A stretch of 10,923 nucleotides of DNA from Candidatus Hadarchaeum sp. (GTDB lineage Archaea; Hadarchaeota; Hadarchaeia; Hadarchaeales; Hadarchaeaceae): positions 1 to 10,923 of the forward strand of contig NZ_JBMFOX010000035.1 in the NCBI RefSeq assembly GCF_049969415.1, read 5' to 3'. A program made the position numbers and the translations under genes. Below the pieces are notes generated by a model. The model saw only the letters and a program-made list of their open reading frames with translations. It was not told where the DNA came from and did not search any database. Below are positions 1-7,223 of this stretch, piece after piece (the first letter of the stretch is position 1; every line of letters starts with the position of its first letter).

Positions 1-1
1 A

Positions 2-91
2 GCCAAACCGGAGCTTGCGCAGGAGATTTCGCGTTTATTTGTGCAACAATGCAGAAAAATGGAAAAGAATATATATGGGACAAATCGATGA
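2..91 (+). CDS. 3' end of an upstream gene (partial; product unknown)
   Basis: Open frame from the window edge, AKPELAQEISRLFVQQCRKMEKNIYGTNR, ending at TGA 89-91. The stop lies 4 nt before the RBS of the next gene, which suggests an operon. Too short to identify. Confidence 0.5.
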   Translation, partial: AKPELAQEISRLFVQQCRKMEKNIYGTNR

Positions 92-95
92 AGTT

Positions 96-102
96 GGGGT
101 GA
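96..102 (+). promoter_or_regulatory. Shine-Dalgarno site GGGGTGA for the opine dehydrogenase gene
   Basis: Archaeal-type GGTGA core 4 nt before ATA at 107. Confidence 0.65.
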
Positions 103-106
103 GACA

Positions 107-1222
107 ATAAAAATAGCTGTTTTGGGCTCGGGAAGTGGAGGCTTCATGTGCGCGGCAGATTTTTCGCTGCGCGGCCATGAGGTCCGATTTTACTCGAGAA
201 CAGGAGAGAGATTTAAACCGGTGATTGAAAAGGGAGGGATTAAATTAATCGGAAAGATGGAAGAACTGCCAGGTGACTTCGCCAAGATTTCGTTAATAAC
301 CACGGACATAAAGGAAGCCATCTCGGGAGCCGACCTGATTGTGAACCCGTTGCCTTTCTTCGGAGTAAGAAACTACGCTAAGCTGGTAGCTCCACATATA
401 GAGGACGGTCAAACGCTTGTCTATTTTGGCAAGGGTGGCGGTGCAATCGAATATTACCAGGTGTTCAAAGAGATGGGTGTCAAAAAGGAAGTTTACTTGG
501 GCGACACCAACACGCTGCCCTACGGGGCCTCATACATGGGCGACAACGTCGTGAGACTTGAATCGAGGACTTGGGAAATAATAACAACCGCTTTCCCGGG
601 TAAAAACACCGACAAGGTCATTCAAACGCTGAAAAAAGTTTATCCCATGTACTCGATAAGAAAAGCCCAGAGCCCGCTCGAAACCGTTCTAGTGGATTAC
701 AATGCCATCACCCACATTCCTCCGATGCTATGCAACGCAGGTCGGATTGAATCGGGTGATAAAAGTTTCCACCTCTTTGGCAAGGACTCCTTGACACCAT
801 CGGTGGTAAGATTAATGGAAAAAGTGGACCGGGAAAGAATGGCGCTGTCCAAGGCGCTAGGGATAAGACCTTACACGCTGGAAGAGGAGATCCTCCACGT
901 AAGATGGAATCCCCACGGCGAGAACTATGTCCTCCCGCTATACGAGGCCATTCATACGCCGTTCTTGGAGATGTGCGAAGGACCGTTCAAGCTTGAGACC
1001 CGGCATCTGCTCGAGGACGTGCCTTACGGGTTGGTCACCTACTCTTCGCTCGGGGACATGCTGAATGTGCCGACGCCGGTGGTCGACGCCGAGATTACCA
1101 TGGCGGAGGCTCTTCTCGACAGGGACTTCAGAAGCACGGGTAGAACTGTGGAAAGAATGGGCATCGATCCCAGCTGGGATCTGAAAACGCTGAACAAATA
1201 CCTGCAGGAAGGGGAAATCTAA
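107..1222 (+). CDS. NAD(P)-dependent opine (octopine/nopaline) dehydrogenase family protein
   Basis: Rossmann N-terminus (I/M)KIAVLGSGSGG...AADFSLRGHEV; TNTLPY; NAITHIPPMLCNAGRIE; DRERMALSKALG; C-terminal RHLLEDVPYGLV...TPVVDA motif of the octopine DH domain. The ORF track starts at TTG 122, but that removes the first Rossmann beta-strand, so ATA 107 is preferred. Confidence 0.88.
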   Translation: MKIAVLGSGSGGFMCAADFSLRGHEVRFYSRTGERFKPVIEKGGIKLIGKMEELPGDFAKISLITTDIKEAISGADLIVNPLPFFGVRNYAKLVAPHIEDGQTLVYFGKGGGAIEYYQVFKEMGVKKEVYLGDTNTLPYGASYMGDNVVRLESRTWEIITTAFPGKNTDKVIQTLKKVYPMYSIRKAQSPLETVLVDYNAITHIPPMLCNAGRIESGDKSFHLFGKDSLTPSVVRLMEKVDRERMALSKALGIRPYTLEEEILHVRWNPHGENYVLPLYEAIHTPFLEMCEGPFKLETRHLLEDVPYGLVTYSSLGDMLNVPTPVVDAEITMAEALLDRDFRSTGRTVERMGIDPSWDLKTLNKYLQEGEI

Positions 1223-1270
1223 TTTTCTTTAACAAAACCCCTTCCCTTTCTTCTTTTTTTGATTTTTTTA
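1223..1270 (+). terminator. Oligo-T (archaeal-type) terminator region between convergent genes
   Basis: Pyrimidine-rich tract with two T7 runs (1254-1260, 1263-1269) just after the TAA at 1222. Confidence 0.55.
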
Positions 1271-1323
1271 GTCTCGAAGGATTTATCACCGAGTCTGCTG
1301 CCGTAATTCTAAACAAGAAAATT

Positions 1324-2502
1324 TCATACCTGATAATAATCTAGCGACAGTGCCTTAGTCGGGCAAACGGTAACACATAATCCGCAGCCGAAGCATTTTG
1401 CCGGCTCTATCTTGGCGAACTCATCAACTGTTATCGCCTCATATATGCAAGCCCGTTGACAAATTCCGCAAGCGTTGCACCTATTGATATCGATCTCCGG
1501 AACCTTGGGGGTTGTAATCAGCTGTTTCCCCCTGATTTCCCTCTCCTTTATCCTTCGGTGGGTTAGGCCCCGAATTTCGCTTAAAGAAGAGTAGCCCTTG
1601 TCCTCCATGAACTTTTTAATGCCATACAGAATTTGTGGAATTATTTTTGGCCCCCTCAGGTGGACTGCGGTCGCGAGACCAACGCAGGTCGCCCCGACCA
1701 TAAAGTACTCCACCGCGTCCCTCCAGCTGCTAATTCCACCCACACCGACTATGGGGATATTGACGTTCTCTGCCATGTCCAATACCATCTTCAAGACGAG
1801 TGGCTTGATTGCGGGACCGGTCAGTCCGCCGCTACCCTTCGGGCCACCGAGGACTGGTTGTCCAGTCTCGATATCTATCTGCAGAACCGGACCTAACGCG
1901 TCCGCAGCAGCGATGGCATCCGCACCCGCCTTCTCCGATGCCTTCGCCCAATTCACCGCGTCTATGAAAAATATGGAGCTGAATTTCGGCATTATCGGGA
2001 TGCTAACCTCCTTTTTTATCTCCGCCAGCATCTTGGCCAGCGGCTCCGGGTTGTGGACCTCCGGCGGCCCCATCGACCCCGGAAACATGGCATTGTATAT
2101 CTCGGCCAAGTGCGGGCATGCGGTGGCGTACTCTATCATGTCGACTCCGGCTTCTTCAGCTTTCTTTGCCAGTTCTATGCTCTCCTCAGGAAATCTGCCA
2201 GCTATGCTCGCGATTATCTTCACCTCGCCCTCTTTCGCTATCTTAATCTCTTCCTTGAACCACTGATCCGCTGAAAGGTCGCTGCCCGAGAGACAGTTTA
2301 TGAAACCACCGTCAATCGCAGCATAACAGGGCCTAGCGTGGGGGACTGGCTGAGCCACAATGGTCTTGGTCACGATTGCGGCGGGGCCGTACTCCGATAG
2401 CTTTTTTATCGTGGCCCCATTTCTGGAAAAGGCCGAGGAGGCCACGATTATCGGGTTCTTTAACTCCAATCCGGCCAATTTTAAAGAAAGGTCTATCTCC
2501 AT
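1324..2502 (-). CDS. Dihydroorotate/dihydropyrimidine dehydrogenase-family (PreA-like) FMN protein with C-terminal 2x[4Fe-4S] domain; atypical substrate site
   Basis: LAGLELKNPIIVAS, AIVTKT, CPH catalytic loop, GGLTGPAIKP, IVGVGGISSWRDAVEYFMVGATCV; C-terminal CNACGICQRAC and CFGCGLCVTVCP. ATG 2502 (MEIDLS) is preferred over 2580 because the family homology starts there and a GTGA RBS-like motif precedes it. Confidence 0.85.
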   Translation of the reverse strand: MEIDLSLKLAGLELKNPIIVASSAFSRNGATIKKLSEYGPAAIVTKTIVAQPVPHARPCYAAIDGGFINCLSGSDLSADQWFKEEIKIAKEGEVKIIASIAGRFPEESIELAKKAEEAGVDMIEYATACPHLAEIYNAMFPGSMGPPEVHNPEPLAKMLAEIKKEVSIPIMPKFSSIFFIDAVNWAKASEKAGADAIAAADALGPVLQIDIETGQPVLGGPKGSGGLTGPAIKPLVLKMVLDMAENVNIPIVGVGGISSWRDAVEYFMVGATCVGLATAVHLRGPKIIPQILYGIKKFMEDKGYSSLSEIRGLTHRRIKEREIRGKQLITTPKVPEIDINRCNACGICQRACIYEAITVDEFAKIEPAKCFGCGLCVTVCPTKALSLDYYQV

Positions 2503-2532
2503 CTTCGTCACAATTTCATTTTTATCAGCGAA

Positions 2533-2547
2533 TAATAAATCTTTGTG
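2533..2547 (-). promoter_or_regulatory. Putative BRE/TATA promoter for the PreA-like gene
   Basis: The minus strand reads CACAAAGATTTATTA, with TTTATTA about 30 nt upstream of ATG 2502. Confidence 0.4.
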
Positions 2548-2646
2548 ATTTGCAAAAATGAACCAGTGCTCTTGCACCATATCATCCCCAAATAAGTTTG
2601 TCCACCGGATTTTGTTAAACCTGTAAAAAAGATAATTGACAAACCA

Positions 2647-2680
2647 ATCGGGAGTTTTTTGTTCTCCCTATCCTTAAATA
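2647..2680 (+). promoter_or_regulatory. Inverted repeat (ATCGGGAG-N9-CTCCCTAT) abutting TATA-like TTAAATA of the corrinoid/MttB operon
   Basis: Arms at 2647-2654 and 2664-2671 are 7/8 complementary. TTAAATA at 2674-2680 lies 21-27 nt before ATG 2701. Confidence 0.5.
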
Positions 2681-2700
2681 GGCGTTAACGAAAAAAACAA

Positions 2701-3357
2701 ATGAGGTTGATGAACGAAAGCGGAGAAAGCCTTAAAAAAATTTACCACGCCGTTTTGAATTTTGACCTGAGGGGGGCCAAAGAAGCCACAAAGGAAGCTC
2801 TGGAAAAAGGGATTGATCCTCTTCTAATTCTCAACGAGGGCTCAATAAAGGCGCTGCGCGAAGCCGGCAGCAAATTTGAAAAGGGCGAGTACTTCCTCCC
2901 CGAGATAATGGTCTGCGCTGAAGCCTTTCAGGAGTCGTATAGAATACTGGAACCGGAGCTCACCCGGAAAAGTGAAAGAGCCGATTCACTCGGCAGAATC
3001 GTCATCGGTACAGTGGTGGGCGACATGCACGACATTGGTAAAAATCTTGTGAAGGCCCTTCTCAGTGGCGTGGGATTCGAGGTTTATGACCTCGGGAGAG
3101 ACGTCCCCATCCAAAAATTTGTGGAAAAAGCTAAAGAAGTTGATGCGGATATCGTGGCCATGTCTGCCCTGCTGACCGTCACGATGCAGTTTATGGGCAC
3201 AATTATAGCGGCTCTGAGGAAAGCTGGCTCGAAAGCAAAGACCATCGTCGGCGGCGCTCCAGTAACGGCCGATTTCGCCAAGAACATCGGTGCCGACGCA
3301 TTTGCCGGTGATGCCTTGTTAGGAGTAGAGGAATGTAAAAGGCTTGTTGGGAAATGA
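2701..3357 (+). CDS. Methyltransferase cognate corrinoid protein (MttC/MtbC/MtaC family)
   Basis: N-terminal cap (ALEKGIDP...AGSKFEKGEYFLPEI), DMHDIGKN (DxHxxG cobalamin motif), DLGRDVP, SALLT, VGGAPVT. Alternative start is ATG 2710 after GAGGT. Confidence 0.93.
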   Translation: MRLMNESGESLKKIYHAVLNFDLRGAKEATKEALEKGIDPLLILNEGSIKALREAGSKFEKGEYFLPEIMVCAEAFQESYRILEPELTRKSERADSLGRIVIGTVVGDMHDIGKNLVKALLSGVGFEVYDLGRDVPIQKFVEKAKEVDADIVAMSALLTVTMQFMGTIIAALRKAGSKAKTIVGGAPVTADFAKNIGADAFAGDALLGVEECKRLVGK

Positions 3358-3361
3358 GAGA

Positions 3362-4810
3362 ATGACTAGAAAATTACTCGAGCCTTTCACTAAGGACGAG
3401 GTCTACCAAATAAATCAAGCGTCCTTGGAAATAATGGAACGAGCCGGAGTCTGGTATGAAAGAGAAGAGGCCCTGAAAATTCTGGAAAAGGCCGGGGCAG
3501 AAGTGAGCTACAAGACCAAGATTGCCAAGCTGCCCGAATCTCTGGTTAAAGATGCCCTGAAACATGTGCCGGGTAAATTCAGACTCGCCGGAAGGGAGAG
3601 AAAACACGACTTCGTTGTCGGTGAAGACAAGTCATACTGGGGAATGATGGGTGGTCCCCTAATTGTGGATTTGGAAACTGGAAAGGTCAGAGAAACCACC
3701 AAAAAGGATGTAGCTGAATGGGCCAAGTTTGCCGACGCCTTGGACGATGTCTGGTTCATAACACCGCCAATGGCCAGAGATGTAAACCCCATGGTCTCGG
3801 CAGAACACGAGTTCGAGGCGATGGTCAACAACAGCTCAAAATTCTTGGAACAAAACCTTTACTCCGGCTCGGGGGCGAGAAATGTTTTTGAGATGGCCAG
3901 CGTTGTCATGGGAGGAGATGAAGAGCTGACAAAGAACCCGTTAATTTTCGGCGCCGGCTGTGCCGTGAGCCCGCTGCAACACTGTGGCATCGCCCTTGAC
4001 GTCTGGTCTGAACTGGCCTCCAGAGGCCTGCCCTGCCTCGTGGCCACTGAGGCCATCATCGGGGCAACGGGGCCGATAACAATAGCTGGTTCCCTAGCCG
4101 TTGCCAACGCGGATGTCTTGAGCGGTATCACGCTCCTCGAACTCATCACTCCCGGAATTCCCGTCGCCTATTCGATTGGACTTTCGCACGTCATGGATAT
4201 GAAGAAGGCCGAGGCCCTGTGCGGTTGCCCCGAAAGGGTGTTCGCGATTGCGGCGAACGCCCAGCTCGGCCGTTTTTATGGGGTACCAACCTGGGTTGGG
4301 GTGGCCACGGACTCGAAGCTGCCTGACGCACAGGCGGGTTATGAGATGGCTTTGTCCGCACTCTACACGACCATGACGGGAAACCACATGGTGATGGGTA
4401 TAGGATCCTCCCTGGCATCAAGAGGGGTCTCCTATGAGGAGGCCCTAATCGACTGGGAAATCATGCGCATGGTCTCAAGAATAGCCAAAGGTACCGAGGT
4501 AAGCGAAGAAACCTTGGGCGTTGACCTGATATGTGAAATTGGCCCTGGAGGAAACTTCATAGCGACCGAACACACGCTAAAGCATTATAAGAAGGAAATT
4601 CAGGATGCCGTGATAACCGATAGAAGCTCGGTATGGATTTGGGAAAAGGAGGGTAGAAAGGACATGGCTCAGAGAGCTAGGGAAATGGCAAAAAAGATCT
4701 TAAGGGAACACGAACCCACCCCATTACCAAAAGACGTGCAAGAGAGGCTAAGCGAGATCGTCAAAAGGGCTGAGAAAGAATCGTTAAAAATGTCGTCCTC
4801 AACCTCTTAA
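3362..4810 (+). CDS. mttB: Trimethylamine methyltransferase (MttB) superfamily protein, non-pyrrolysine type
   Basis: ASLEIMERAGV...ALKILEKAGAEV, VSPL, GATGPITIAGSLAVANA, PGIPV, DMK...GCPE, FYGVP...TDSKLPDAQAGYE, IGPGGNFIATEHT, W...GRKD. No in-frame TAG. Starts 4 nt after the corrinoid gene stop. The symbol denotes the family, not the substrate. Confidence 0.92.
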   Translation: MTRKLLEPFTKDEVYQINQASLEIMERAGVWYEREEALKILEKAGAEVSYKTKIAKLPESLVKDALKHVPGKFRLAGRERKHDFVVGEDKSYWGMMGGPLIVDLETGKVRETTKKDVAEWAKFADALDDVWFITPPMARDVNPMVSAEHEFEAMVNNSSKFLEQNLYSGSGARNVFEMASVVMGGDEELTKNPLIFGAGCAVSPLQHCGIALDVWSELASRGLPCLVATEAIIGATGPITIAGSLAVANADVLSGITLLELITPGIPVAYSIGLSHVMDMKKAEALCGCPERVFAIAANAQLGRFYGVPTWVGVATDSKLPDAQAGYEMALSALYTTMTGNHMVMGIGSSLASRGVSYEEALIDWEIMRMVSRIAKGTEVSEETLGVDLICEIGPGGNFIATEHTLKHYKKEIQDAVITDRSSVWIWEKEGRKDMAQRAREMAKKILREHEPTPLPKDVQERLSEIVKRAEKESLKMSSSTS

Positions 4811-4889
4811 ACCTTCCACGCGAATCTTTATCCAAGCGGGGTTCAAACAAAGAATAATAAAGAAATGAAAATAGATGTGTTGGGATAAC

Positions 4890-6017
4890 ATGAAACAGCT
4901 TCACATAGCCAACGTGCATCATGCGCTGGGTGCGCAGATGATCGAGTTCGCAGGCTGGGAGATGCCGCTGAGCTACACGAGCTTGGCGGAGGAACACATG
5001 GCCGTGCGTGAAGCGGCGGGACTCTTTGACGTCAGCCACATGGGAGAGTTTAAAGTAAGTGGCCAGAAAGCACTGGAATTTCTCCAGAGCGTGACCACCA
5101 ACGATGTGTCCAAGCTAGAAATATTGGGAAGCCAGTACTCAACGGTGACCAACGAAAAAGGAGGAACCCGTGACGATATCTTAGTCTATCGCCTGGCCGA
5201 AAATGACTACCTCGTGGTTTGCAACGCCGCCAACGTCGACAAGATAGGCAACTGGTTTCAGGAGAATAACAAAATGGGGGCGGAGATAACGGACATTACC
5301 ATGACGACGACTCTTTTTGCGCTCCAAGGACCAAAGGCCCTACCAACGTTGCAAAAACTGACCGACTTCGACCTCACCAAGATAAAGAGGTTCAGGGCCG
5401 CCTGGGTAAACATCGCCGGCATCGAATGTCTCGCCAGCAGAACTGGCTATACCGGTGAAGATGGCATCGAAATTTTTCTCCTGGACGAACCCCAATCCAA
5501 TCCGGAGAGAGCTGAGAAGTTGTGGAAGGCCATTCTTCAAGCCGGTGGGGAATCCGGAGTTAAGCCGTGTGGGCTCGGGGCCCGTGACACCCTGCGCTTG
5601 GAAGCTGGTCTTTGTTTATACGGGAATGACCTCACTGAGGAGATATCCCCTCTTGAGGCCAGAATTGAATTTGCGGTTAAACTCGACAAAGGGGACTTCA
5701 TCGGTCGAGAGGCCTTGCTGGAGCAGAAGAAATCGGGACTGAAAAAGATCCGAATTGGGCTGCGAATGCTTGAACCAGGGATACCACGACAGGGATACAG
5801 CATCTTCAGGGATAACGAAAGGATTGGCTGGGTCTCATCCGGAACCTTATCGCCGCTTCTAAAGGTGGGAATTGCCATGGGCTACGTGCCTCCTGAGGTC
5901 AAGGCTAGGGAAACTCTTTTCGTCGAAATACATGGCAGAAAGAGAAAGGCCGAAGTCGTGGATTGGCCCTTTTATAACCCAGAACAGTATGGGTTTAAGA
6001 GGAAGCACCATGGTTAA
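4890..6017 (+). CDS. gcvT: Glycine cleavage system T protein (aminomethyltransferase)
   Basis: FAGWEMPLSY...EHMAVREAAGLFDVSHMG, GGTRDD, ALQGP, SRTGYTGEDG, GLGARDTLRLEAG, SGTLSP, IAMGYV, PFY. Alternative start is ATG 4875. Confidence 0.93.
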   Translation: MKQLHIANVHHALGAQMIEFAGWEMPLSYTSLAEEHMAVREAAGLFDVSHMGEFKVSGQKALEFLQSVTTNDVSKLEILGSQYSTVTNEKGGTRDDILVYRLAENDYLVVCNAANVDKIGNWFQENNKMGAEITDITMTTTLFALQGPKALPTLQKLTDFDLTKIKRFRAAWVNIAGIECLASRTGYTGEDGIEIFLLDEPQSNPERAEKLWKAILQAGGESGVKPCGLGARDTLRLEAGLCLYGNDLTEEISPLEARIEFAVKLDKGDFIGREALLEQKKSGLKKIRIGLRMLEPGIPRQGYSIFRDNERIGWVSSGTLSPLLKVGIAMGYVPPEVKARETLFVEIHGRKRKAEVVDWPFYNPEQYGFKRKHHG

Positions 6018-7158
6018 GGTCTGGCAGCACTTGGCCAAGGATGTTGTAACCCCTGATTACTGCATCGGCTGCGGCAGCTGTGTTGCAACCTGCCCAGTGC
6101 AGGCCTTGGAGAGAGTTAACGAAAAACCGACTTTAAAAGGAGTCTGCATCAACTGCGGCATCTGCTACGGGACCTGCCCTGAGGTCATTGACCCCCAAAG
6201 CCTGCAGATCCCGGTCTTCGGCGCTCCGCCGAACGATGAGCTAATCGGAACCTTCAGACACGCCCTCTCGGTTGAAGCCAACGACCCCAGCGTTAAAATT
6301 CGGGCCCAAGACGGCGGTGCGGTTACCGCGCTGCTCAGCTCGCTACTTGAGATCGGATACATAGACGCGGCCATTGTCACAGGCACTGATGCCGCCCCTT
6401 GGTATCCAGTTGTTAAGGTGGCCACGTGCCCCGAGGAGGTGGCGGAGGGCGCCGGGACAAAATATTCCCGAGGGCCGACCTCCCTAGGACTGCGCGAGGC
6501 GGTGAACATGTACTATCGAAAAAAGGTGGCCATCGTGGGGACGCCCTGCCAGATAATCGCCTCGAGGCGGATGGCGTTATCTACACCTAAAAACGAACAC
6601 CTCTCCGACGCGATAAAGTTAAGGATTGGGCTGTTCTGCAGCGGTGTCTTCAATTATGAGCGATTTTTCAAGAATATCGTTGAAAAGAGCCTTCAGATAC
6701 CACTGGCCTCGGTGAGCAAGTTTGACCTGAAGAATGAGAAATTGATTGTTTACCTGAAGCACGAGCCATCACGAGAGCTTCCGCTCAGCGAGATAAGAAA
6801 ATACATTGACCTGCCCTGCCGGATCTGCTCCAACTTCTCGGCTGAAACGGCTGATATCTCAATCGGCTATCTGGGCTCGCCCGCAGGCAAATCGACGGTT
6901 TTGTTAAGGACGGAGCTGGGGGAAGAAGCGTTTGCAGAAGCGGGCAAGCTGGGCAAGTTCACCGTTACCGATCTGACGAGCGTGCAACCCGGATTGGATG
7001 CCATAAGACAAGAGGCGCTGAAGAAGAGGACATTGGCGGCACAAACAATCGAAGCGCTACGAAAGGAGAAAAAGGTGTTGCCGGTTTGGCTGGAGCATCC
7101 GGCCGGTGAAACTACAGCGGAACCCATCGAGTCATACAAGGGGACCTGTACAGTCTAG
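6010..7158 (+). CDS. Coenzyme F420 hydrogenase/dehydrogenase beta-subunit family protein (FrhB/FdhB) with N-terminal 2x[4Fe-4S] ferredoxin (FpoF/FqoF-like architecture)
   Basis: CIGCGSCVATCP and CINCGICYGTCP, then AQDGGAVTALL, GTKY, VGTPCQ, IGLFC, CRIC...ADISIG. ATG 6010 overlaps the gcvT end by 8 nt; the track start at 5872 lies inside gcvT. Confidence 0.9.
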   Translation: MVKVWQHLAKDVVTPDYCIGCGSCVATCPVQALERVNEKPTLKGVCINCGICYGTCPEVIDPQSLQIPVFGAPPNDELIGTFRHALSVEANDPSVKIRAQDGGAVTALLSSLLEIGYIDAAIVTGTDAAPWYPVVKVATCPEEVAEGAGTKYSRGPTSLGLREAVNMYYRKKVAIVGTPCQIIASRRMALSTPKNEHLSDAIKLRIGLFCSGVFNYERFFKNIVEKSLQIPLASVSKFDLKNEKLIVYLKHEPSRELPLSEIRKYIDLPCRICSNFSAETADISIGYLGSPAGKSTVLLRTELGEEAFAEAGKLGKFTVTDLTSVQPGLDAIRQEALKKRTLAAQTIEALRKEKKVLPVWLEHPAGETTAEPIESYKGTCTV

Positions 7159-7190
7159 ATTAAAAATTATTCTCGACTCAAATAATAATC

Positions 7191-7218
7191 TTTATAAAGT
7201 AGTTCAAACATTTTTGAA
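7191..7218 (+). promoter_or_regulatory. TATA box (TTTATAAA) plus downstream palindromic operator TTCAAA-CATT-TTTGAA
   Basis: TTTATAAA at 7191-7198 ends 25 nt before ATG 7224, which fits a leaderless or short-leader transcript. A perfect 6-4-6 inverted repeat lies at 7203-7218. Confidence 0.65.
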
Positions 7219-7223
7219 ATACT

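Noticed and set aside
89-91. TGA readthrough or selenocysteine fusion of the upstream gene with the in-frame opine DH
   Set aside because: The opine DH has its own RBS and a typical N-terminus. There is no Cys-equivalent context or recognisable SECIS.
1598-2266. 222-aa plus-strand ORF and other antisense or overlapping ORFs in the track (e.g. 3508-3831, 5537-5878, 6165-6509, 10177-10533)
   Set aside because: They are shadow frames of well-supported genes and carry no recognisable motifs.
2503-2580. 26-aa N-terminal extension of the PreA-like protein
   Set aside because: It shows no family similarity and overlaps the AT-rich promoter-like region.
4811-4889. Glycine riboswitch or structured leader before gcvT (imperfect TTATCCAA...TTGGGATAA repeat)
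   Set aside because: The gap is short and A-rich, lacks the GGAGA/GAAG/CUCUCAGG riboswitch signatures, and the repeat is imperfect.
5872-6009. 46-aa N-terminal extension of the FrhB-family ORF
   Set aside because: It lies inside gcvT; ATG 6010 directly precedes the ferredoxin domain.
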